From contig JBKPAK010000024.1 in the NCBI GenBank assembly GCA_046726415.1, positions 8,454 to 72,453 of the forward strand: a stretch of 64,000 nt of DNA. The letters run 5' to 3'. A program made the position numbers and the translations under genes. This document shows, piece after piece, positions 48,708 to 57,792 of this stretch. Below the pieces are notes generated by a model. That model was not told where the DNA came from, did no database searches, and worked only from the letters and a program-made list of their open reading frames with translations. The stretch comes from Candidatus Methylomirabilota bacterium (lineage in GTDB: Bacteria > Methylomirabilota > Methylomirabilia > Rokubacteriales > CSP1-6). Each line of letters opens with the position of its first letter. Within the stretch, counting starts at the first letter, position 1.

Positions 48708-51035
48708 ATGGCCATCGTCATGAAGACCACGCGCGAGGTCAAAGGAATCGGGCTCGCCATCCCGCGCCCGGATGGCCCGGAGAAGGTCACGGGCAAGGTC
48801 CAGTACGTGGCCGACCTCAGACCACGCGGTCTGCTGCACGCGAAGCTGCTCCGCAGTCCCCATGCCCACGCCCGCATCGTGCGCATCGACACGAGCAAGG
48901 CACGGGCCCTCCCCGGGGTGCGAGCCGTCCTGACGGCGGCCGACATTCCCACCCTGAAGCGGCAGGCCCCGACCCGCGCGCACGCCGTCCTGGCCATCGA
49001 CCGCGTGGTCTTCGCCGGCCAGCCGGTCGCGGCGGTGGCGGCCGACGAGGCAGCCATCGCCGAGGAGGCCCTCGACCTCATCGAGATCGAATACGACGTG
49101 CTGCCCGCGGCCGTCGATCCGCTCCAGGCCATGAAGCCTGGGGCGCCGCCGGTGGCCGATGCCGGCACCGAGGCGGATACCAGCGAGGCGCTGGCCCACG
49201 CGGCGGTGGCCGTGGCGAAAAGCGACGCGGAACCGGCCAAGGCCGTCAACGTGTCCCAGCAGTCGCGCCTGCATCGCGGCGATGTGGGCAAGGGCTTCGC
49301 CGAATCCGACGTGGTGATCGAGAAGACGTACCGCGTGCCGATGGTCCACCAGGGATATCTCGAGCCACATGCGGTGCTGGCCGAGTGGGACCGCTCGGGA
49401 ATCCTCACCCTGTGGGCAAGCACCCAGGGCTCGTTCAACACCCGCTCCGAAGTGGCGGACGTGCTCGGGCTATCCGAGAACGACATCCGCGTCATCCCGG
49501 TGGAGTGTGGCGGTGGCTTTGGCGGGAAGATCCGGGCGCTGTGCGAACCCATCACGGCGGTCCTGGCCAAAGTGACGAACCGGCCGGTGCGCTATGTGAT
49601 GACCCGGCGCGAGGAGCTGGAAGCGGGAATGCCCGCACCCCAAGTGATCATCTGGCTCAAGACCGGGGTGAAGCGCGACGGCACGCTGATGGCCCTGCAA
49701 GCGGAGACCGTCCTCGAGTCCGGTGCCTTCTCCGGCACGGTGCTCGCCGTGAGCGCGGTCTTCCTCGGCAGCCTGTACAAATGGCCCGCCTTCGACATCA
49801 AAGGCTGCGAGGTCCTCACGCACAAGCCGAGCGTGGCGGCCTATCGCGCACCAGTTGCCCCGCAGACGATCTTTGCCATCGACTCTCACATGCAGCACGT
49901 GGCGCGCACGCTGGGGCTCGACCCCGTCGAGTTCCGGTCCCGTCATCTGATGCGCGAGGGCGACCCGATGGCCAACAACCAGCCCTGGCAAAACAATGGC
50001 GCTCACGAGGTGCTGCGCCGGGTCGCCGACCATCCGCTCTGGAAAAGCCGTGCGGAGTGGGCGGCCAGCGGGGGCAAGGATGGGCATGGCCAGCGGGGGA
50101 CCGGCTTCGCGCTCGGCGGATGGCTGGGCGGGCTGCAGCCCACCGGGGCCACCGTGCGCCTCAATCCCGACGGCTCACTCAGCGTGCTCACCGGCCAGGT
50201 CGACATCGCCGGCACCAACATTGCGCTGGCCCAGATCGCCGCCTCCGCCTACGGCGTCGACATCGACCAGGTGAAGATCACCACCGGCGACACCGATGTC
50301 GCACCGGTCACCGGGCTCAGCGCCGGAAGCAAGACGGTCTATACGGTCGGTGTGGCCGTGCTGGAGGCCGCCAAGGACGCCCGCCAACAGACGTTCGATA
50401 TTGCCGCCAAGGAGCTGGAGGCCTCGACCCACGATCTCGAGATGGAAGACGGTCGCGTGTTCGTCAAGGGCTTCCCGGACAAAGCGATCACCCTCGCCCA
50501 GATCGGCAAGAAGGGTAATCTCTACATGTCGAAGACGCCTCCCGTGCTCGGGGTGAGCCGCCCGGCCTTCTCCCAGCAGGCGCCGGCCTTCGCGGCCCAG
50601 CTGGCGCGCATCGAGATCGACTCCGATACCGGAGAGCTGACCTTGCACGACTTCATGGTTGTGCAGGATGTCGGTCGGGCCATCAATCCCCTCGGGGTGG
50701 AAGGCCAGATGCAGGGCGGCGCCGTGCAGAGTCTCGGCATGGCACTCACCGAGGCTTTGACCTACGACGAGAACGGCAGGCTCACAAACCCGAGTCTGCT
50801 CGACTATCGCAAGCTGACCGCGGCCGATCTCCCGAATATCGAAACCATCATCGTCGAGGTACCGTCACCGGCCGGTCCGTTTGGCGCGCGCGGCGTGGGC
50901 GAGCCGCCGATTGTCCCGGCGCCGGCGGCCATCGCCAACGCGATCGAGGACGCCACCGGGCTCCGGATCACCGAGCTGCCCCTCACGCCAGAGCGGATCG
51001 CGCTGGAGCTCGCGCACCGACAGCAGCCCGGCTGA
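48708..51035 (+). CDS. Xanthine dehydrogenase family molybdopterin-binding (large) subunit
   Basis: LRSPHAHA, GGGFGGK, EGQMQGG, ARGVGEPP. Confidence 0.94.
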   Translation: MAIVMKTTREVKGIGLAIPRPDGPEKVTGKVQYVADLRPRGLLHAKLLRSPHAHARIVRIDTSKARALPGVRAVLTAADIPTLKRQAPTRAHAVLAIDRVVFAGQPVAAVAADEAAIAEEALDLIEIEYDVLPAAVDPLQAMKPGAPPVADAGTEADTSEALAHAAVAVAKSDAEPAKAVNVSQQSRLHRGDVGKGFAESDVVIEKTYRVPMVHQGYLEPHAVLAEWDRSGILTLWASTQGSFNTRSEVADVLGLSENDIRVIPVECGGGFGGKIRALCEPITAVLAKVTNRPVRYVMTRREELEAGMPAPQVIIWLKTGVKRDGTLMALQAETVLESGAFSGTVLAVSAVFLGSLYKWPAFDIKGCEVLTHKPSVAAYRAPVAPQTIFAIDSHMQHVARTLGLDPVEFRSRHLMREGDPMANNQPWQNNGAHEVLRRVADHPLWKSRAEWAASGGKDGHGQRGTGFALGGWLGGLQPTGATVRLNPDGSLSVLTGQVDIAGTNIALAQIAASAYGVDIDQVKITTGDTDVAPVTGLSAGSKTVYTVGVAVLEAAKDARQQTFDIAAKELEASTHDLEMEDGRVFVKGFPDKAITLAQIGKKGNLYMSKTPPVLGVSRPAFSQQAPAFAAQLARIEIDSDTGELTLHDFMVVQDVGRAINPLGVEGQMQGGAVQSLGMALTEALTYDENGRLTNPSLLDYRKLTAADLPNIETIIVEVPSPAGPFGARGVGEPPIVPAPAAIANAIEDATGLRITELPLTPERIALELAHRQQPG

Positions 51036-51069
51036 ACCCTTCATCCTGGCGAGCTGGGCGCTGGGCGCG

Positions 51070-52881
51070 TCAGACGCGGAGGGCGTCCTCCTCGATCTCC
51101 AGGGCCCGGATGGTCTCCGCCGTGGGCACTCCCGTGTCGGAATCCCAGCCCTGCTCGACGTAGTACTCGGTAACGATCGCCGCCTGCTGGGCCTCCGTGA
51201 GCCCCACGTGCTTGGGCAGCGGATCGGAAAAGCGCTTCGGCAGCCGGTCGTCGGCCCGGGTGAAGCCCTCGCGTTGATTGAAGAGTCGCGCCAAGGTGAG
51301 TCCCCGGCGGGCCGTAGTGGCCATCTCCTCCGGCGTCGCCCCCCAGCCAGTCACCGCGTTCAGGATATCGAGGGATTGGGCGTCGTCGTAGGCCAGGAAG
51401 TGACAGATCCCGACCTGGTTGCGCAGCCCATTGCGCGCCCCGCTCTGCCGCATGTGATCGCCCCCGGTGGGCGCCAGGAGATACGACGCCCGCATCACCG
51501 GCATGTGACGGGGATCGTGCATGGCCATCTCCATGCCCTTCACCGTGGTGAGGAACGCCTCCGAGCCGCGCCCGATCCGCTGCGCCGCCCGCTGAGATCC
51601 CTCGGCGAGGAGATCGCCGACCCCTCGCCGATAGGCGATCATCTCGATGAGCTTCACCACGCCGTCGGCGTCGTGGAAGTGCAGCGGGAAGCCGTCCGTG
51701 TCGTCGAGGGTGAGGAGGCCGTGCTCGAAGCACTCCATGGCCCAGGCGATGGTGGCGCCCATCGAGACGGTGTCGAGACCGAGGTAGTTCGACATCTCGT
51801 TGGACTTGCAGACGGCGATGAGATCGTCGAGCCCGAGATTGACACCGAGCGCGGCCAGCGATTCGTACTCGGGGCCGCCGTACTTCGGATCCACCCGGTA
51901 GCGTCCCTTGGGGTCGAAGGCCACCCGCACCTTCCCGCCATACAGGCTCTCGGCCTGGCGCGCCACCTCCTCCTTTTCCTCGATGTGCACGACCTTCTTG
52001 CAGCGCACCGAGCAGGCGTAGCAGGCCTTCATCTGCACCCGCACCTGGTCCCGCACGGCAATGGCGTCGATCTTGGCCACGTGCTCGAACGCGCCCTGGC
52101 GATAGTTCAGGGTGGGCATGCCGCCCTCGAGATTCTTGCCCTGCATGGCCGCCCCGGTGCCGAACTCGTGGAAGGCCCGGTGGTTCTGGTCCATGGTGGA
52201 CGAGACCCATTTGGCCACGGCGGTGAGTCCCTTGGGGTCGGCGATCTTCACCGGGATCTTGCCCCGCACGGCGATGGCCTTGAGCCGCTTCGACCCCATG
52301 ACCGCGCCGAGGCCCGTACGGCCGGCCACCTCATTCAGGTCGTTGGCGATGCAGGCGAAGCGCACGAGGTTCTCGCCGCCCGGGCCGATCTGGGCGACCC
52401 GGATGCGGGGATCGCCCAGTTCCTCGATGATCGCTTCCTCCACCTCGCCGGTGATGCGCCCCCAGAGATGCGCGGCGTCGCGGATCTCCACCGCGCCGTC
52501 GCTGATCCAGAGGTATACCGGCGTTGGCGACACGCCGTGGACGACGATGCCATCCCAGCCCGCGCGCTTCAGCTCGGCGCCCCAGAAGCCGCCGGACTCC
52601 GATTCGCCGAAGCCGCCGGTGAGGGGCGACTTGGCCCCCACGCTGTGACGTCCGGCCCCCGGCACAGGAGCGCCCGTCAGCACGCCTGCGGCAAAGATCA
52701 GAATGCTGTCCGGGCCGAGCGGGTCGGCGCCCTTGGGGACGTACTTCAGCAGATAGTGGGCGATCGTACCTCGCCCCCCTCCGTAGCGGCGAAAGAAGGC
52801 GTCGCCCGGCTCCTCGATCCACGTGGTCTGGTCGGACAGGTTCACGTGCAGCATCTTGTTCCAGTACCCGAATCGATCCAT
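51070..52881 (-). CDS. aor: Tungsten-containing aldehyde:ferredoxin oxidoreductase family
   Basis: KSPLTGG, IGPGGENLVRFA, AGRTGLGAVMGSKRLKA, CYACSVRC, PEYES, HDPR, GIC. Confidence 0.93.
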   Translation of the reverse strand: MDRFGYWNKMLHVNLSDQTTWIEEPGDAFFRRYGGGRGTIAHYLLKYVPKGADPLGPDSILIFAAGVLTGAPVPGAGRHSVGAKSPLTGGFGESESGGFWGAELKRAGWDGIVVHGVSPTPVYLWISDGAVEIRDAAHLWGRITGEVEEAIIEELGDPRIRVAQIGPGGENLVRFACIANDLNEVAGRTGLGAVMGSKRLKAIAVRGKIPVKIADPKGLTAVAKWVSSTMDQNHRAFHEFGTGAAMQGKNLEGGMPTLNYRQGAFEHVAKIDAIAVRDQVRVQMKACYACSVRCKKVVHIEEKEEVARQAESLYGGKVRVAFDPKGRYRVDPKYGGPEYESLAALGVNLGLDDLIAVCKSNEMSNYLGLDTVSMGATIAWAMECFEHGLLTLDDTDGFPLHFHDADGVVKLIEMIAYRRGVGDLLAEGSQRAAQRIGRGSEAFLTTVKGMEMAMHDPRHMPVMRASYLLAPTGGDHMRQSGARNGLRNQVGICHFLAYDDAQSLDILNAVTGWGATPEEMATTARRGLTLARLFNQREGFTRADDRLPKRFSDPLPKHVGLTEAQQAAIVTEYYVEQGWDSDTGVPTAETIRALEIEEDALRV

Positions 52882-52897
52882 AGGTCCTCCCGGAGGA

Positions 52898-53167
52898 TCC
52901 GCCTTCCATGGGACTGAGGAGCATCACGTCAGCGCCGTCGCGAAGCACGTCGCCGCGGTCGGCCAGCTCTCCGTTGACCCCCACGGTGACGTCATAGGCC
53001 GCCTCGACGCCGATGGTGTCGAGGAGATCGCCCACGGTCGAGCCGGGGGGCAGGGTGTAGCGCTGCGGGCCATCGGCGCCGCGCGGGAGAAACCGGCGCA
53101 GGTCGGCAAACAGCGTCACGCTCACGGTGATGGACGAAGCCTGGGTCCGGGGCGTCGGAGTCGGCAT
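52898..53167 (-). CDS. MoaD/ThiS family sulfur carrier; no stop after C-terminal GG (frame runs on to 52331)
   Basis: VTLFADLRR, TVGDLL, VNGE, LLSPMEGG. Confidence 0.8.
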
Positions 53168-53267
53168 GTCGTGGACTCGTCGCGTGGTAGGCATCTTACT
53201 CGACTTCATCCCACCGAGCGACCTGCCCTAGAATCGAGCGGCGGTTCATCACTCGCGGAGGATCTTC

Positions 53268-53849
53268 ATGGCGCCACCTGTCGACCCCAACGTGCTGCTC
53301 ATGACCGGCGAGAACTCCTTCATCCGTCTGAGCAAAGACGGCGGGAAGACCCCGTCCGACCGCTTCAGCCACTGGCGCGTGCTCTGGTGCCCGGCCGGAC
53401 CGGGGCACACGCTCTTCGTCCAGAGCGAGCTGTCCGGCGGCCAGGTGCGCATCTACGCCGACAACGCCGCGGTGGCGCGCTGGCTGCAGAGTGCCATCGA
53501 GACGCTGCTCCATCCGCCATTTGCGGACGCGAGCCTGCCCATCATCGACGCCACCTTCGAGCGGGCCGGCGATCCACGCTCGGCGGCCACCGAACGCGTG
53601 GTGTCAGCGGACGCCGACATTCTGCTGACCTGGTACGACTTCATCGAGGGCTTCGTCCTCAACGCACCACCCGGTTTCAACAACCGGCCCATCGGCGTCT
53701 TCTCGACGTTCTTTCCCGCGCGCTCGGCCCAGGTCTGCCTGAACGGCCGGTTTGCCGAAGGCAAGCCGTGGCTGGAGATGCGAGGCGACCGGCAGGGCTC
53801 GAGCGCCTGCCTCGCCTGGTCGGAGACGTGGGTGAAGCCGCGCGGGTAG
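53268..53849 (+). CDS. Hypothetical protein
   Basis: GGAGG RBS, upstream TAGAAT, typical codon usage. Confidence 0.8.
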   Translation: MAPPVDPNVLLMTGENSFIRLSKDGGKTPSDRFSHWRVLWCPAGPGHTLFVQSELSGGQVRIYADNAAVARWLQSAIETLLHPPFADASLPIIDATFERAGDPRSAATERVVSADADILLTWYDFIEGFVLNAPPGFNNRPIGVFSTFFPARSAQVCLNGRFAEGKPWLEMRGDRQGSSACLAWSETWVKPRG

Positions 53850-53881
53850 GGCGCGGCTCAGGCGACACGCGGGCGCTGCGC

Positions 53882-53910
53882 TTGACGCGTCCGCCAAGCT
53901 CATCTAACTT
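53882..53910 (+). promoter_or_regulatory. Sigma70 promoter candidate for ilvE
   Basis: TTGACG, 17 nt, TAACTT; strong AGGAGGAGG RBS downstream. Confidence 0.5.
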
Positions 53911-53942
53911 CGCCCCCGAGCGGTAAGGAGGAGGCCAAACCC

Positions 53943-54869
53943 ATGGCAGAGCTGAAGATCTGGATGGACGGAAAGCTGGTGCCTCAGGCGCAGGCGGTGT
54001 TGCCCGTGAACACGGCCGCCGTCTTCTACGCCAGTAACGTGTTCGAGGGCCTGCGCGCCTACTGGAACGAGGCCGACGAGGAGTTGTACTGCTTCCGTCT
54101 GGACGAGCACTTCGCGCGGCTGCGCGAATCCATGAAGATGATGCGCTTCACCGTGCCGTACAGCGACACCGACCTGCACGCGGCCGTCCACGAGGTGCTG
54201 GCTGGCAACCAGGTGCGCGAGGACATCCACATGCACATGGTCGCCTACGTCCTGGGAGCTGGCCTGGAAGCCACCTCCCCGACTGGGCTCTACATCAACC
54301 CGCGGCGGCGCGGGCGTCTGACCGAGGGCAGCGGGCTGCACTGCTGCGTCAGCTCGTGGGCACGCACCAACGACAACGCCATCCCCATCCGCCTCAAATG
54401 CGGCGCCAACTACCAGAACGGCCGGCTCGCCATCCTGCAGGCCAAGGCCGACGGCTACGACGCCCCCATCTTGCTGAATCAGCAGGGCAAGGTGGCCGAG
54501 GGAACGGGCGCGACGTTCTTCATGGTGCGCAAGGGCAAGCTGGTCACCCCACCCATCACCAGCGACATCCTGGAATCGATCACGCGCACCACCCTCATCG
54601 AATCCATCTGCCCGGATATGCTGGGCATGGAGGTCGTGGAGCGCGAGATCGACCGGACCGAGCTGTATGTCGCCGAAGAAGCGTTCCTCTGCGGCAGTGG
54701 CTACGAGATCACGCCGATCCTCTCGATCGACCGCTTTGCGATGAGCGCTGGCCAGGGGGTGGGACCGATCACCCAGAAGCTCCTCACCGCGTACATGAAC
54801 ATCGTCCGCGGAGCGGATAAGCGCTACTCGGAGTGGCGCACGCCGGTCTATCGGAAAGCGAACCGATAA
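53943..54869 (+). CDS. ilvE: Branched-chain amino acid aminotransferase (class IV)
   Basis: VFEGLRAY, FRLDEHFARL, KCGANY, ILESITR, EEAFLCGS. Confidence 0.88.
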   Translation: MAELKIWMDGKLVPQAQAVLPVNTAAVFYASNVFEGLRAYWNEADEELYCFRLDEHFARLRESMKMMRFTVPYSDTDLHAAVHEVLAGNQVREDIHMHMVAYVLGAGLEATSPTGLYINPRRRGRLTEGSGLHCCVSSWARTNDNAIPIRLKCGANYQNGRLAILQAKADGYDAPILLNQQGKVAEGTGATFFMVRKGKLVTPPITSDILESITRTTLIESICPDMLGMEVVEREIDRTELYVAEEAFLCGSGYEITPILSIDRFAMSAGQGVGPITQKLLTAYMNIVRGADKRYSEWRTPVYRKANR

Positions 54870-54913
54870 CGACGGCGGGCCGGTCCATAAGACCGGCCCC
54901 ATCGGGTGTTCCC

Positions 54914-56515
54914 TCAGGCGGGCGTGAGGAGGCGGCCGGTTGCGGCGGCGTGCATGCGCCCGCCGTCCACCACGACAGTGCCATTGACCACCACGTACGG
55001 AATGCCAGTCGGGTAGCAATGCGGATCCGCGTAGGTCGACTCGTCCTTCACGGTGGCCGGATCGAACACCGCGATGTCAGCGGCATAGCCAGGCCGTAGC
55101 AGCCCGCGCTCCCTGAACCGCAGCCGCTGGGCGGGCATGCCCGTCATCTTGTGGATGGCCGTTTCCAGTGAGAAGAGACCGCGCTCGCGCGCGTACTCCC
55201 CCAGCACCCGAGGGAATGTCCCGTACATGCGTGGGTGGGGCTTGCCGGGGCGCGGCCCCTCGCCCTCCGAGAGGCCAATGGAGTCGGAGCCGATCATGAT
55301 GGCGGGATGCGCGAGGACCTTGGCCACGTTTTCGAGATTTTGCGAGAACGACACCATGCCCACGGTCGCCTTCTGGTCGAGCAGCAGGTCCATCAGGGCC
55401 TCGGCCGGTGTCCCGCCGGTCAGCCGGGCGAGGGCGGCCAGGGTGAGGCCCTCCAGCTCGTGGCGACGGCAGGTGGCGATCTGGATCTCATCGAAACCGA
55501 CGGCCCCCTGCGAGAGGGTCCCCCAGCGCTCGCCGTCGACCAGACACTCCTCCACGATGCGCCGCCGCGTGGCCCGGTCGGCCAGCCGCTCCAGCAGCTT
55601 TGGGATACCGCCGTCGTGAACCCACGCGGGCATCAGGTTGTCCATCTTGGTGCTGCCGGCGTGATACGGATACACGTCGCCCGTCACGTCGACCCCACGC
55701 GCGCGGGCCTCGTCGATGAGCCGCAGGACGCGGTCCATCTTGCCCCAGTTCTCGCGCCCGCCCACCTTGACGTGCGCGATTTGCACGCCGACGTCGCTCT
55801 CCTCTCCGATGCGGATGGCCTCGCGAATCGAGTCCTCCACCATGCCACTCTCTCCGCGCACGTGGGAGAAGTAGAGGCCGCCGCGCCGGGCCATGGAGCG
55901 GGCGAGGGCGACCAGTTCCGGCGTTGCGCTGTACCCACTCGGCGGATACACGAGCCCCGTGGAATACCCGTAGGCCCCAGCGTCCATGGCCTCGGCCAGC
56001 AGCCGCTCCATGGCGCGAAGGTCGTCCCCGGTGACCGGCCGGTTTTCCGCTCCAACGGTGGCGAGCCGGAGGGCCCCGTGCCCCACGAACTGCGCGATGT
56101 TGATCGACGGCGCTCGGGCCCGAAGGGCATCGAGATACTCGGGAAACGCCTCCCAGCGGAAGTCGACGGACGCCCCGATGCCCCCGGCCCAGCTGCGCAC
56201 CATGTCTGCGCGCCCGGGGGCGATCGGCGCTGGCGAGAAGGAGCACATCCCGACCACTTCGGTGGTGCAGCCCTGGCGGATCTTCGACTCCGCTGACGGG
56301 CAGCCGAAATAAAAAAGGTCGGAGTGCGAGTGGGCGTCGATGAAGCCGGGCGCCACCACATGGCCCGTGGCATCGATGGTGCGGGTGGCCAGGCCGTCCA
56401 GACCCCGGCCGATGGCGACGATCCGGTCGCCCTCGACCGCCACGTCGGCCCGCTCCCGCGGGGCGCCGCTGCCATCGATGACGGTGCCACCGCGGATCAA
56501 GAGCGACCAGGCCAT
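54914..56515 (-). CDS. N-acyl-D-amino-acid deacylase (D-aminoacylase)
   Basis: PGFIDAHSHSD, STGLVYPP, DVYPY, GSDS, HPRMYGTFPRVLG. Confidence 0.93.
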   Translation of the reverse strand: MAWSLLIRGGTVIDGSGAPRERADVAVEGDRIVAIGRGLDGLATRTIDATGHVVAPGFIDAHSHSDLFYFGCPSAESKIRQGCTTEVVGMCSFSPAPIAPGRADMVRSWAGGIGASVDFRWEAFPEYLDALRARAPSINIAQFVGHGALRLATVGAENRPVTGDDLRAMERLLAEAMDAGAYGYSTGLVYPPSGYSATPELVALARSMARRGGLYFSHVRGESGMVEDSIREAIRIGEESDVGVQIAHVKVGGRENWGKMDRVLRLIDEARARGVDVTGDVYPYHAGSTKMDNLMPAWVHDGGIPKLLERLADRATRRRIVEECLVDGERWGTLSQGAVGFDEIQIATCRRHELEGLTLAALARLTGGTPAEALMDLLLDQKATVGMVSFSQNLENVAKVLAHPAIMIGSDSIGLSEGEGPRPGKPHPRMYGTFPRVLGEYARERGLFSLETAIHKMTGMPAQRLRFRERGLLRPGYAADIAVFDPATVKDESTYADPHCYPTGIPYVVVNGTVVVDGGRMHAAATGRLLTPA

Positions 56516-56517
56516 GA

Positions 56518-56952
56518 CTACTCCTCGGCGATGGCGACCGTGACCATGCGGTCTCCCTGCTTGATGCGATCCACGTGTTCCATACCGCTGGTGACCTGAC
56601 CAAATACGGTGTACTGGCCGTCCAGGTGCGGCGTGGAACCGTAGCAGATGTAGAACTGGCTCCCCGCCGAATCGGGATGCTGGCTGCGGGCCATGGCCAC
56701 CGAACCGCGAACGTGCTTCTGTTTGTTGAACTCCGCCGGGATGGTGTAGCCCGGGCCCCCGGTGCCATTGCCTTTGGGATCGCCCCCCTGCACGACGAAG
56801 TCCGGCACGACGCGGTGAAAGGTCAGGCCGTCGTAGAAGCCCTTCTTGGCCAGGGTGATGAAGTTCTCCACCGTCTTGGGGGCGTCGGCCGGAAAGAACT
56901 GCATCCGGATCTCCCCGCCCTTCTGGAGCGTGATGACCGCTGTCTGCTTCAC
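56518..56952 (-). CDS. Cyclophilin-type peptidylprolyl isomerase (cytoplasmic)
   Basis: [36 protein letters not shown]. Confidence 0.95.
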   Translation of the reverse strand: MKQTAVITLQKGGEIRMQFFPADAPKTVENFITLAKKGFYDGLTFHRVVPDFVVQGGDPKGNGTGGPGYTIPAEFNKQKHVRGSVAMARSQHPDSAGSQFYICYGSTPHLDGQYTVFGQVTSGMEHVDRIKQGDRMVTVAIAEE

Positions 56953-57040
56953 CCGGTTCTCCTCGCGTAGGAGCGATGGCGCCTACGCCTCGTGTCGTGA
57001 ATGATGCCCATTCGGCGCTTCGCCGGCTCGGTAGGCCGGC

Positions 57041-57589
57041 CTACTTGATGATCTTGACGGACGCGATGCGGTCGCCCACTTTGATGGAATCGAGGGCGCT
57101 CATGCCGCTCACGACCTTGCCGAACACGGTGTACTTGCCATCCAAGAAATTGGCGGGGGCCAGCGTGATGTAGAACTGGCTTCCCGCCGAGTCGGGATCC
57201 TGCGTCCGGGCCATGGCAATGACCCCGCGTTCGTGCGGCCGCTTGTTGAACTCCGCTTTGATCTTGTAGCCCGGCCCGCCCGTGCCGAGGCCGGGGTCGC
57301 CGGGTTTGAGGGTCTTCGACTGCGGATCGCCCGCCTGCACCACGAACCCCGGCTCGACGCGGTGAAAGAACTGGCCGTCGTAGAAGCCCTGACTTGCGAG
57401 CTTCACGAAGTTCTCGACGGTCTTGGGCGCGTCGTCGGAGAAGAATTCGAGCTGGATCTCGCCGCCCTTCTGCAGGGTGATCACCGCCCCCTTGGCCTTC
57501 TCCTGGGACCCTACGGCGCCCGCGAGCACGAGATTCACCGCCAGCCCCAGGCTCAACAGCACTGCGAATCCCATCACGCGATGACGCAT
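57041..57589 (-). CDS. Cyclophilin-type peptidylprolyl isomerase with signal peptide
   Basis: [17 protein letters not shown] leader; [23 protein letters not shown]. Confidence 0.94.
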   Translation of the reverse strand: MRHRVMGFAVLLSLGLAVNLVLAGAVGSQEKAKGAVITLQKGGEIQLEFFSDDAPKTVENFVKLASQGFYDGQFFHRVEPGFVVQAGDPQSKTLKPGDPGLGTGGPGYKIKAEFNKRPHERGVIAMARTQDPDSAGSQFYITLAPANFLDGKYTVFGKVVSGMSALDSIKVGDRIASVKIIK

Positions 57590-57792
57590 GGGCGTCCTCC
57601 TCAATGGCGACCATTCTATCGCGGTCCTCTCCCCCTTTCGGCACAAGGGCCTCCACGTGCACCGGGAGTGCGAGCCCGAGGTCGAACGACCGACACAACA
57701 GGTCCCTGCTGCTGGCCGCCAAGGTGACGAAACTGCGACGGAAGGTCGACGAACCTGCCGAACCGGCGGAACCCGCGTGGTACGATGAATCG

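Noticed and set aside
47339-51035. Aerobic CO dehydrogenase coxMSL
   Set aside because: Large subunit has AYRAPVAPQ, not the form I AYXCSFR active-site loop
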